Below, piece after piece: positions 1-10,285 of a stretch of 23,329 nucleotides of DNA. Below the pieces are notes generated by a model, which did not search any database, was not told where the DNA came from, and was given only the letters and a program-made list of their open reading frames with translations. A program made the translations under genes and the position numbers. How positions within the stretch are numbered: the stretch's first letter is position 1; every line of letters begins with the position of its first letter. The stretch is from Paraspadella gotoi (taxonomy: Eukaryota; Animalia; Chaetognatha): positions 1 through 23,329 of the forward strand of contig JBJCIZ010001479.1 of the NCBI GenBank assembly GCA_051294375.1, read 5' to 3'.

Positions 1-318
1 AAAAAAGAGAGAGAATTAAATTAAAAACCGAATAAATGGCGTAGAAATGCATCAAATGTTTAAAGTGAATACATTAGGAATCGGAAGGACTCAAGCCTTC
101 TGAATGTGTAACTCCATTTTGGTCTAATTTTGAAGTGAATTGAATGACCCTTTTTCTTAATCATGCCAATTTAATGGTTTAATCAGGAAACTTTGGAATT
201 GGAATCAGAAGTTTGGGCGAGAGCAAAATAAAAAATGTACACAGGGTATTTGTCTACAAATGAATGGAAGAGAAAAAAAATATTGAAGTTTGGAGAAAAA
301 AGAAAATGGTAAAAAGAA

Positions 319-376
319 AGGAGAGAAGAGAGAGAGGAGAGAGAGAGAAGGAGAGAGGGAGAGAGGGAGAGAGAGT

Positions 377-418
<42 letters not shown>

Positions 419-468
419 AGTATAGAGAGAGAGAGAGAGACAGACGAGAGACAGAGACAGAGAGAGAA
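319..468. repeat. (AG)n microsatellite, imperfect
   Basis: Long gagaga tract; source of the ER-rich and SL-rich ORFs at 183-614. Confidence 0.95.
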
Positions 469-936
469 CGCGAAGAGGTGAAGGATTCAACCGTGATAAA
501 TAGAAAAGTGGATTGAAAAATTAAGCCGACTCTCACGACAACCAAACAAAGGAAGAAAGAAAAGAGATTTAAGGGAATCAACGGAGATTTCTTGGGTCGT
601 CGGTTACCACGCAATCGGGGGGAGGGGGGAGGGGCCGCATTGTTGACGTCGGGACTCTGAGGAATGGAAACCCGATTGGAACGAGGAAAAAAAAGTTGCG
701 TGAATGGGTTGACAGATCACGGTGAACAAGTGTGAAAAAATGTGACAGATGACGTAGACGAGAGTGACGGTAGCTGCGTGGCGTTTCGTGACGACACGAC
801 GACGACGAACGACGAACGACGACACGACGACGGATTAGTGAATAAAAAAAAGAAGACGAAAATAAAAATGTGAGGTGAAACGAAAAATCGTCTCCATTTG
901 CTACTCTGCTTAAAAAGACAACGACTTCGGGTTTAC

Positions 937-1057
937 TGGCAATAAAAGGTGCCACGTGACCCAGAGTGAGGATGGTACTTCGGCGTGCAGACTGGGTTGG
1001 CTGACGACCGCCAGGTTGGACTGTGAAGAACGTTCCCCGCATTTGTATCTCCGGAAT
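937..1057 (-). CDS. Immunoglobulin-superfamily gene, internal exon (F/G strands of one Ig domain and start of the next); frameshifted
   Basis: Minus-strand acceptor cttcctctttccgccag| at 1058. Allowing about three 1-bp indels it reads (D)SGRYKCGERSSQSNLAVVSQPVCT..TILTLGHVATFYC, containing the Ig DxGxYxC motif and then a second B-strand Cys. Phase-1 junction with the upstream exon reconstitutes GAT (Asp). The 3' boundary (gtaaac at 936) is uncertain. Confidence 0.65.
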
Positions 1058-1328
1058 CTGGCGGAAAGAGGAAGTATAAAGTTTGAGAAGCGAGTACTGT
1101 TGAGCCCGAAATTGACGGACCGATCAAATTTTTATATCACTTATAGTTATAATATTATTAAAAATCGGAAAGAAAATTCATAACATTTACAAACGAACGT
1201 CCGATCCAAATCTACACAATCCAAACTTTCATGGTTCAATTGTTCATCTCCCTATAAATCTTTCGAGTTAACCATTCCTATTTGACATATATTCGAAATT
1301 ATCATGATAAACTTCAAAACCCTTAAAC

Positions 1329-1538
1329 CCGCGGTGAGTTCCCTGATAGAAGAGCGAGAACTTGTCGCTCTCCCTTCTGCTCGATGCCGTATTTGTGGCC
1401 TGTGACGGTCTTGTCGTAGACGCCGCCTCCGTTGGTCAAGGAATTTTGACTTCGTCGTCGACGACTTTGACCAAAACCGCGATTCGGTGGAGATGCAGAC
1501 GAAGGTCACCTCTGCGCCTTCCGAGGCAAGCGGTAGAC
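1329..1538 (-). CDS. Immunoglobulin-superfamily gene, internal exon (V/I-set Ig domain strands A'-E); frameshifted
   Basis: Acceptor ctttcccctcctcctccag| at 1539. Joined frames read EGAEVTFVCISTESRFWSK-VVDDEVK-FLTNGGGVYDKTVTGHKYGIEQKGESDKFSL-SIRELTA: B-strand Cys, C-strand Trp and E-strand LxIxxL. GT donor at 1328. Confidence 0.65.
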
Positions 1539-2490
1539 CTGGAGGAGGAGGGGAAAGTTCAGTGGATCGTCAAGGATAGGTCGAGAAGAGATCGCTGAAT
1601 ATCGCGGCAGTTTCAAAAAATCAATATATTTCCAAGGACATATTTTGCCAAAATATATCGTTCACACCAGACGAATCGGAAATGAATACTGAAGTGGATT
1701 TTATCAGTCGATTTAATACATTAGATACTACTCGAATGACGTCCAACAACTTCCCTCTTTCCTCCTCCCTATCTTCCCTCCTTCCTCTCTCTCTCCCTCT
1801 TCCCTCTCCCGCCTTAAGTGTATTAATGCTACATCTCAAGAAGAAGCTTTTAGCTTGTTTCGCGAGGATAAACTGATGGCTTCTTTTCGCGGAAACCTCG
1901 CTTAAAAACCGATAAAGAAAGAAAATAAATAGCGCATGAAGAAAAAGAAAGAAAGAAAAAATGAAGCCAGAAAAAGGAAAAAAAAAGTCGAGCACTTTCA
2001 CCAAAAAAGTCTTGGTTCTGCTTAACTGTCTTTCTGAACTAACTTTTTGTAAGTAATATGTAGGATTTCTTAATTTTTGCAACTTCATACTTTCATGAAA
2101 AGCATAAACGTCGCTAACGGTTTTGCTCCCATCGTTTTCAGTTTTTCTCAATTGAATTAACTCAGATCTTCTACACCTTACCGATTCTACCGGCGTTCCT
2201 ATCGTATTCCTTTCTTTTTCACTTTCTCTTCACGCCATCATATCCACATCTTATAATCTCACACCTACACCCACCTACCTCACATCTCATTTCACGCTTC
2301 CTCAATCTGCTTCCCTTTCCATTCTATCTCCTGACTCATGAAAAAAAATAAAAGGATTAATTTGCGAAACAAAGAAAAAAAGGTTTTATTTAGAAAATGA
2401 ATAAGAAAAAAACATTAAAGAACGAAGTAGGAGACGAGCCTTGAAGTGTTAACAATGGGAGAGAGACGGAGGGGGGATAACGTTGACAAA

Positions 2491-2525
2491 AAGAAGAGAA
2501 AGAAGAGAGAAAAGAGAGAGAGAGG

Positions 2526-2563
<38 letters not shown>

Positions 2564-2617
2564 CAGAGAGAGAGAAGAGAAAAAGAGAGAGAGAGAGAGA
2601 AGAGAGGAGAGAGAGAA

Positions 2618-2676
<59 letters not shown>

Positions 2677-2712
2677 AAGAGAGAGAGACAGACAGATAGA
2701 GAGAGAGAGAAA
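2491..2712. repeat. (AG)n microsatellite, imperfect
   Basis: About 220 bp purine tract dominated by ag dinucleotides. Confidence 0.95.
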
Positions 2713-3789
2713 GAGCTTAAAACGAAAACACAAATGGAAAAAAAAGGGAATGAAAAAAAGAGTGACAACCTTGTTTTTCAACCTTCCCTTCATTTTCCCC
2801 CTCCTGTTTCTGAGCGTCGTAAAGGGATCCTTTTTCTTCTTAATAAAACCATCGAGAATTTCTCAGAGAAACGAAATAATAAAGAAGAGGCGGGAGGCAG
2901 AAAACAAAAAAATAAGAAAAGAAAAAAAAGAGAAAGAAGGGAAAAAATTACAACTTTTTCCGTGGAATGAGCAAAAGGGACAGTCTTAATGTCGTGAGTA
3001 GTTCGACGGAAATTGGGGGAAAGGAAAACGACCTAAAAGAGATAAAATGGCGGACGATCTTTTTTGTAATTCCCGAGTCGAACTTGTTTTTTTTGTGAGA
3101 AATTTTAAATTTTAATTTTTAAGTTTTTTGAATAATCGGGTAACTTCGATACTTTTAAAAAAGTCATATCGGTTTTTTATATATTACGAAAATTACATGA
3201 GTAAATTTCAAGTATGCTTATCAATTGTATTCTGTACAAGGTTTTAAATTTATAAGAACATAATTTTTAAAAAAAAATACATCGACAAACGTGGCCCTCC
3301 AAAAAAGGGAGTGCAAAAATTGTTCACCCATTGTCATCATCGTCGTGAACGGCGTCGAAAAATGGTTCACCTCCCCCCACCCCGCCCGTCCCGAGTAGTA
3401 ACTAGTGTGCACCAGAAGCGGCTCATCCCGAGGCCCCCGAGTCATTTTAAACTTCCCGATTTTTCAGAAGCGAAATTGGTTTCGCCGAAAATAACCGAAT
3501 TGGAAGTCAAGTTTCCGACTAGAGAAGACGGGAAAAGGGGGGGAGGAGGAAGAGGAGGTGGGGAAAGTCGCAGTAAAACTTTCCGTCTTCATTCTTACCT
3601 CCTATTTCACCTCTTCTTTCCTCTTCTCCTATTTTCCTCCTCTTTCATTTTAATGCCTTCGTCCGACGATTCACGCCCACATCTCCGGCCAATAAAGACA
3701 TCTCTCTCCTGTCTCGTTCGGCCGTGGAAAAAAAAAGACGTCGTTAAATAAAACCTGTTTTTAATTTTTGGTTTCTCGTTTTTAGCGGA

Positions 3790-3893
3790 AGAGAGTGAGA
3801 GAGTGAGAGAGAGAACGAGAGAGAGAGAGAAGAGAGAGAGAGAGGAAGAGAGAGAGAGAGAAAGAGAGAGAAGAGAGAGAGAGAGAAAAGAGA
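3790..3893. repeat. (AG)n microsatellite, imperfect
   Basis: About 100 bp ag-rich tract. Confidence 0.9.
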
Positions 3894-4216
3894 GGAAACA
3901 TTAAAACTGTCGTCGAAAACGTCCGACAAAAAAATACGTTATGTTATGGTAACGCATAAAAAAGCAGAAGAGAGTAACAATTTATTCAACTCCAGTTTTA
4001 GACGTACTGAATGAATGTAGTATTTAGTTTTAAAACTTTTAATTACAACGAAAATCTTTCAGAGAAGTCCTCTTTTGCGATAAAATAGTTTTTTGACTTT
4101 CATTTTGACAAAGATTAACTTGTATGGAATTTCCCCTTCCATTCACAAAAGACTTCTCCCTTCCTTCACAGAAAACCTGACAATCATTTCGCTTTCATAA
4201 AACCCAGACTTACGCT

Positions 4217-4796
4217 TCGCCCACAACCCCAACCAGCCCAACCACGTCGCCCACAACCCCACCCACGCCACCACGTCGCCCACAACCCCGCCGCCACCAC
4301 ATCGCCAAAACCCTGCGCCGCAACAGTCGCCCACAACCCCAACCGCCCAACACGTCGCCCACAACCCCAACCGCCCAACCACGTCGCCCACAACCCCACC
4401 CGCCAACCACGTCGCCACAACCCTTCGACAGCCACGTCGCCGCACAACTCCTGCCGCCCAACCACGTCGCCCACAACCCTGCCGCCCAACCAACGGTCGC
4501 CCAACAACCCCACCGCCCAAACACGTCGCCGCACAACCACCGCCCACCACGTCGCCCACACCCACCGCCTCAACCAGTCGCCCACAACCCTGCCGCCCAA
4601 CACGTCGCCCACAACCCTGCCGCCCAACCACGTCGCCCACAACCCTGCCGCCAACCACGTCGCCCACAACCCACCGCCCAAACCACGTCGCCCAACAACC
4701 CTCCGCCCAACCACGTCGCCGCACAACCCTGCCGCCCACCACTCGCCCACAACCCTGCCGCCCAACCCACCGTCGCCCACAACCCTGCCGCCCAAC
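4217..4796. repeat. Minisatellite with ~28-bp unit (consensus ACCACGTCGCCCACAACCCTGCCGCCCA), about 21 copies
   Basis: Head-to-tail recurrence of cgtcgcccacaacc about every 28 bp, with no unique spacers. Confidence 0.95.
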
Positions 4797-6655
4797 AGCT
4801 TTGTCCCACAAAGAATTCACAGCCGATGAAAGAAATGCGCCAAAGGAAACCCGGCCCTGTCGAGGAGCCAATGAGCGACTTCTTAAAAACTTTTGCTCGA
4901 GTCTGTTTTAATAGTAGAGGATAGTGAGATGAACAATAGTAGAGAAACTAAGTCAAACCAAGTACAGCTCTTTCGCTAAATTATGATAAATTACAAATTT
5001 ACTAGAATTACATTGAAGATTGAGCAAGTAATGGCGTAGTGTGGCGGGTATATTCACACCGCCTCACGCCGTCATCCTTCAGCCAAATCCATTGGCTCAG
5101 AGGGGGAACACACCAATCCCAGGCGTAAGTGTTCCATCCACAGTTCTACTAAACGACTTTCCTCTGCGTTGGCAAAGCGAGACCAGTACTAGGGTAACCG
5201 CGCAGTGACTGGATGCGTCACTAGAGGGTCGGAAAGCCCCCAAAGCCAACAGTGAGATGCCCCATCCCAATGGGCATCACAGGCAAGACGCCGGCTGTTG
5301 CCATATAGACTTATTTAAACCAAAAATATCTACTATCTACTAGTCTACTAAGAAAGATAAGGGGATTTTGCTCTCTCTCTCTTTCTTTCCCTTCTTTCCT
5401 CATCATTCAAAATAAAAAAAGACAAAGAAAAAGAAACAAGGCGTCGCTCTTTTGTCTACTCCTTTTTTTTCCTTCGCAGCGCCCTGGCGGTGGCCGATCG
5501 AAGTTGATTTTGTTTGCTCTGTCTAAAGAAAGTCAATGGGCAAGCCATGATTAATGGTCGCTGTCCCTTGTGGCGCCAGCCAAAGCTTTGATCACCAATA
5601 ATCCGACATCATTCCCTCAGCGGCCTGAGTTCACCTAGTGGGTAGGGCGGCCCAAACCACCTCCCCAGGGTTAGCTGTATCAAGGAAAAATCCTTCCTAG
5701 CAATCAACCCTTGTCAAGAATTCTCTTTGCTATGTTTACGCACTGAAAAAAAAGTCCTCGCTGTGGAAGTCCCCAGGTCAAGATGCAAAATCATTGTTAC
5801 GAGGACCAACTTCAAATACAAAAATTCGTTTAAACGATATCCATTTACAATTACAATAATTAATTACAGCTTATTACTCGGAAAATTTTATTACAGTTAA
5901 GATTCGGGGCCAAGGTTTATTCATATTTTTTGCCTGTTTAAACACTTTTATTAAACATGAAAATAACATAAACTGAATTACTATCTTCTTTGTTTTACCA
6001 CTTACCAGGTTGAAAATAATTATGTTGGCATGGGTAAACTATACTATAATGTGATCGACGTTTTGTCCGTGGAAGGTAATGGAACCTTCTTTTCTCTAAG
6101 GATTAAATGGTCGCGATTGGGAAGAAACGGAGGGAGGTGACGTCATGAGGGAACAAGGTAGCACAACCATCTGTACTCTTGGCTGAGAGAAATATAAAAA
6201 AAACACGTTTTTTTTTTTCCGTTCAAGAATTTCGGAACTTGTTGATCATGAAAAAACTACTTTACAGAACAATTCAAATTACATTATTTTCTGCTGATTA
6301 AAAAGTTTAAAATAAAGTTTATTACATCAAAGTTTATTTCCAAATTTCCCTTATGAGAATAAAGGCTGAAGACGTACACATAAAAATTTATAATATAATA
6401 AAAAGCCCTAGGATCCACGAAAAGAATTTGATCGCATATAAACCTTTCCTTCAGTTCCTTGTACACTTTACGCAGCCTCCCGCGCAGCTGCTTCAACTGA
6501 CGCCGATGTCGCCGTTGGTCTCTGCGCCCGCGTTTTTGACCCCAACTGCCCAAGCTGCTGAAAGTTGAAGGAAAAGAAAAAGGGGAAAAACCTGAAAAGG
6601 GAGAGAAACTTGAAAGAGGGGAAGAAAAAAGATTTTGGAAGGCAGCCTCGAGGAT

Positions 6656-6946
6656 TGTAGTTGACTCAAGTGACGAATATTTTGAGCAAAAAATATTGAG
6701 GCAATTTTCTTTAAGGAAACAAAAAAAGGTTATAATCCAAAAATAAAAGTAAACCATAACGAAAAGTCAATAACAATAGTAAAAACAAAAAGAGAAAAAA
6801 CAATAGCAATTCAATGGTCAATGTTCAAAGTGAGTGAGGTGAAACCTGACCCAAGGTCAGGTGGTCGAATAATGGGCAGTGAACTTGATCGTCGTTGTTG
6901 TGGTCGGTTTGTTGTTGTTGTTGTCATCGTCACTTGAGCTGCTACA
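6656..6946 (-). repeat. 3' LTR (291 bp)
   Basis: Direct repeat of 11811-12097. By manual alignment it differs by eight 1-bp indels and one substitution. Termini are TGTAG/CTACA. Confidence 0.97.
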
Positions 6947-9900
6947 TATCCCCCCCCAAGCGCCGTCGTCGACTTGGTTGACGTCGGTGATAACACGTCG
7001 GATTGGCTCATCGTCTTCGTCGGGCGCTGATAGCGTCAGCGGGAGTGGGAGGCGCTCTTTTGCGCGTCTTGGTGGTTGTATTCGTGAAGGTGGCGCCCCC
7101 GTTTTGGTTCGTTTTGTTAGTTTTGACGGCGATTTACTTGATGGTCGTTGAGGAAATGGTGGGGGAGAAGGCGATATCGATTGGGGTGTTGGAGTGGTGG
7201 GAATGTGGCGTTTTGGAGGCCGTCCACGAGGTGGCGCTGTAGGCGGAATTGGTGGATTTTCATTATCAATGACAGCGGGCTTAATGCGGTCCAAGGTTAC
7301 GGTTTCTCTTCCACGGCCAGGTATATCGATGACTAAGTCTCTTTGTCGTCGTTCTAGAATGCGGTAGGGCCCAGAGTAAGGTTGAGCCAGGACACCGGCG
7401 TTTGCAGGGCGCCGTATGTATACAAAGTCTGTTTTTTCGAGAGACACTGGAACTTGGAACTGAGTTTTGCCATGGGCGGTGCCGTCAATAGGTCTCATGA
7501 GAGCGACGTCAAACCGTAAGTTACGTAGTGTCTCTGCACGTGCGTCAGCGTCAACTTCCGGTTCGATTGTCTGAGTGCCGATCAGTTCTCCTGGAATAGA
7601 GAGGACGTCTCCAGTTACCAGCTCGGCTGGCGAAGCATCGAGGTCGGCTTTATAGGTTGTCCTCAGACCAAGGAGGACCCAAGGGAGTTGAGAGACCCAT
7701 TTATCGGCTGCATCTTCGCATCGGGCTTTTAAGGATGCCTTGAGGGAGCGGTGCATCCGCTCTACCATTCCATTTGCTTGGGGATGGTAGGCGGTTGTCG
7801 TCGCGAGCTTGAAGCCTACCATGTCGGCGAGTTGGCGCCACAATTCTGATTTGAATTGAACACCTCGGTCTGTGGTGACAGTGGAGGGGACGCCAAATCG
7901 CGATACCCAATTTTGAAGGAAGGCTGATGCAATTGTTGATGCAGTTGTGTCGCGGACTGGTATGGCTTCTGGCCATCGCGTGAACCTGTCTACACATGTG
8001 AGAAGGTAAGAATATCCCTCAGAAGCTGGGAGCGGGCCAACAATGTCCACATGGACGTGATCAAAGCGTCTCTCCACGCGCGGAAATTGTTGAAGAGGGG
8101 CATGGATATGAGTTTGTGTTTTTGATCGTTGGCAAGGTACACATGTTCGTGTCCATTGAGCAATGTTTGAAGCAGCACCAGGCCAGATGAAGCGGCTCGT
8201 CACTAGTTTTTTAGTAGCTCTAACGCCAGGGTGTGAGAGACCATGGATTGAGTCGAAAATGCGGCGTCGCCAAGTTTCTGGTACCAATGGCCGCGCTCGA
8301 CCGCTGCTGACGTCACAGATTATGCTTGTATCATTTATGCGGACATTCTCAAAACGGAGGCTTGTGTGGGCGTCGGCGAGCAGGCGCTGGGTGTCGCTGT
8401 CACTGGATTGTTCCCTTGCCATTTCTGCAAGATTGATGCCGGAGGGTGCAATGGCATTGATTGTTGCTTCTAGTGTTGGTATGGCTGCTGGAGGAAGCTC
8501 GGCCCGTGAGAGGGCGTCTGCAACAACATTTGCTTTACCCTCAATGTGGCGAATATCCGTTGTATATTCGGCAATTGCTGCTAATTGGTAAGCTTGTCTC
8601 ATAGTATGTGGCTCTGACTTTTTTCTGATGGCCGGGACTAGGCTATTGTGATCAGAGAATAATGTAAATGGGCGTCCCTCAAGAAATGGGCGAAAGTGTC
8701 GGACTGCACGAAATGCCGCCAGTAGCTCACGGTCAAATGGTGGCCACAGGCGTTGGTGTTGCTGGAGAGGGGCTGAAAAAAATGCCAAGGGCATCCATTT
8801 TTGGTCAACGGCCTGTTCAAGGACACCTCCTATGGCTGTGAGAGAAGCATCAACCGTGAGGGCGAGCTGCGCAACTTCGCGAGGATGGACGAGCATGGTT
8901 GCTGATGCTAAGGCATCTTTAGCCATCTGGAATGCATTGTTGCATTGGGTCGTCCACTCGAGGCGCTTGGGTTTACCGCGGAGGGCGTCATAGAGAGGTT
9001 CGAGCACTTGGGCAGCGTGAGGGATAAATCGTCGGTAGTAGTTCAAGATACCAAGAAACCTTTGCAGTTCTTTGATTGTTGTGGGAGTAGGGAAATTGCG
9101 AATGTCATTGACGCGTGTTGGGAGTGGTTTGACGCCCTGGGCGTTAACTTGATAGCCAAGAAATTCCAAGGAGGAGGCACCAAAAACACATTTCGACCGA
9201 TTGACAATTAGTCCATTATTTTCAAGTGCATCAAAGACGCGTTTTAAGTCTTCCACATGTTCATCAAGAGATGATGAAGTGACGAGTATATCGTCGAGAT
9301 AGACAAAAACGTGTGGAATTCCAGAAAGAATAGCGTCCATCATACGCTGAAAATCTTGGGCAGCGTTTTTAAGGCCAAAAGGGGTTCTCAAAAACTCATA
9401 GAGCCCGAATGGTGTAATTACTGCAGTTTTTGGTATGTCTTCTTCCCGTACGGGTATTTGGTGGTAACCCTTGTACAAATCAATTTTAGAAAAAATTGTT
9501 TTGCCGGCGATTTCCGAATTGAAATCTGAGATATGTCTTATTGGGTATCGGTCGTCTCGTGTAGCCGCATTGAGGCGGCGGTAATCGCCGCAGGGTCTCA
9601 GTCCACCGTCTGGTTTTTTGACTACATGTAACGGGGATGCCCATGGACTGCGACTTTTCCTTATGATCCCCAGTTTCTCGAGTTTGTCAAACTCGGCCTT
9701 TGCCGCCGCGAGTTTGTCTGGGGCGAGTCTTCGGGCGCGGGCATGGATAGGGGGGCCCTCAGTAAGGATGTGGTGTTCTACACCATGGCGTGGTTTTGCG
9801 GGGTCAAATGAAGGTGTTGTTAGATTTGGTCGATCATCTAATAGCTTGGTAAAAATATTGTTTACTGTATTGACGCGAAAAGTTCGGCGGAGTTGTGCTT

Positions 9901-10258
9901 TGCCTGTCACAGTTGTAAAGTCTTGGCAGTCAATGAGAAGTTCGTGCTTTGGAAAGGGGGCAAGATTGTGTTCCATAAGGAAATCGTTGCCCAGAATGGG
10001 CGTGGCAACGTCAGCGACCGTGAATTCCCACTCAAAGTTGCGGCTGCCAAGGCAGATCGTCATTGTGCGTGTCCCATAAGAAGGTATAGGAGTACCGTTG
10101 GCCGCATGAAGAGGGGAGGCAGTTGGGCCGGCGCGTCGTTCCTCCTCGTTTGGTGCGACGAGGGAGACAGTTGCGCCGGTGTCCACGAGCCAAGTGAGGT
10201 CGTTGACGTTGTCGTGAACGTGTAGAAGATTTTCGATTTCGCCGGCGGCGGCGCTCAC
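6857..10258 (-). CDS. pol: Pol polyprotein (aspartic protease, reverse transcriptase, RNase H, integrase); probably expressed as Gag-Pol by -1 frameshift
   Basis: 1133-aa uninterrupted ORF. Protease LVDTGATVS; RT PWASPLHVVKK, DYRRLN, PFGLKNA, YLDD; RNase H VDAS, RELLA, SDH, ADALSR; integrase HGLSH..CVPC, HVDIVGP, TTDRG, GMVER and GPY module. No in-frame ATG at the start (GTG overlapping the gag stop); the stop lies inside the 3' LTR. Confidence 0.97.
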   Translation of the reverse strand: MSAAAGEIENLLHVHDNVNDLTWLVDTGATVSLVAPNEEERRAGPTASPLHAANGTPIPSYGTRTMTICLGSRNFEWEFTVADVATPILGNDFLMEHNLAPFPKHELLIDCQDFTTVTGKAQLRRTFRVNTVNNIFTKLLDDRPNLTTPSFDPAKPRHGVEHHILTEGPPIHARARRLAPDKLAAAKAEFDKLEKLGIIRKSRSPWASPLHVVKKPDGGLRPCGDYRRLNAATRDDRYPIRHISDFNSEIAGKTIFSKIDLYKGYHQIPVREEDIPKTAVITPFGLYEFLRTPFGLKNAAQDFQRMMDAILSGIPHVFVYLDDILVTSSSLDEHVEDLKRVFDALENNGLIVNRSKCVFGASSLEFLGYQVNAQGVKPLPTRVNDIRNFPTPTTIKELQRFLGILNYYRRFIPHAAQVLEPLYDALRGKPKRLEWTTQCNNAFQMAKDALASATMLVHPREVAQLALTVDASLTAIGGVLEQAVDQKWMPLAFFSAPLQQHQRLWPPFDRELLAAFRAVRHFRPFLEGRPFTLFSDHNSLVPAIRKKSEPHTMRQAYQLAAIAEYTTDIRHIEGKANVVADALSRAELPPAAIPTLEATINAIAPSGINLAEMAREQSSDSDTQRLLADAHTSLRFENVRINDTSIICDVSSGRARPLVPETWRRRIFDSIHGLSHPGVRATKKLVTSRFIWPGAASNIAQWTRTCVPCQRSKTQTHIHAPLQQFPRVERRFDHVHVDIVGPLPASEGYSYLLTCVDRFTRWPEAIPVRDTTASTIASAFLQNWVSRFGVPSTVTTDRGVQFKSELWRQLADMVGFKLATTTAYHPQANGMVERMHRSLKASLKARCEDAADKWVSQLPWVLLGLRTTYKADLDASPAELVTGDVLSIPGELIGTQTIEPEVDADARAETLRNLRFDVALMRPIDGTAHGKTQFQVPVSLEKTDFVYIRRPANAGVLAQPYSGPYRILERRQRDLVIDIPGRGRETVTLDRIKPAVIDNENPPIPPTAPPRGRPPKRHIPTTPTPQSISPSPPPFPQRPSSKSPSKLTKRTKTGAPPSRIQPPRRAKERLPLPLTLSAPDEDDEPIRRVITDVNQVDDGAWGGICSSSSDDDNNNNKPTTTTTIKFTAHYSTT
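6947..6957 (-). other. Polypurine tract (plus-strand primer)
   Basis: Minus strand GGGGGGGGATA directly abuts the TGTAG start of the 3' LTR. Confidence 0.9.
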
Positions 10259-10285
10259 ATCCGGCCGCCGGCCTTCGAGTTTCCC
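10241..10285 (-). promoter_or_regulatory. -1 programmed ribosomal frameshift signal (gag/pol)
   Basis: Slippery heptamer G GGA AAC (10285-10279) in gag codon phase, 6-nt spacer TCGAAG, then stem GCCGGCGGC/GCCGCCGGC (10272-10264 with 10249-10241). The -1 frame is open into pol. Confidence 0.88.

Noticed and set aside
183-614. ER-rich and SL-rich ORFs here and at 2415-2989, 3744-3929, 12678-13124 and 19923-20108
   Set aside because: Translations of (AG)n/(CT)n microsatellites, which lack stop codons.
4217-4796. CRISPR-like array
   Set aside because: Units are contiguous without unique spacers, there are no cas genes, and the context is eukaryotic.
4143-4871. Gly/Trp/Arg/Val-rich ORFs up to 242 aa
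   Set aside because: Arise from a 28-bp (non-triplet) minisatellite that is open in several frames.
5600-5700. HDV-like ribozyme (acc-tccccag-ggt resembles P3/L3)
   Set aside because: No convincing P1 or P1.1 pairing could be built on either strand.
6284-6757. 157-aa ORF downstream of pol as a possible env or third ORF
   Set aside because: Starts inside the 3' LTR and runs out into low-complexity flank, so it is not part of the element.
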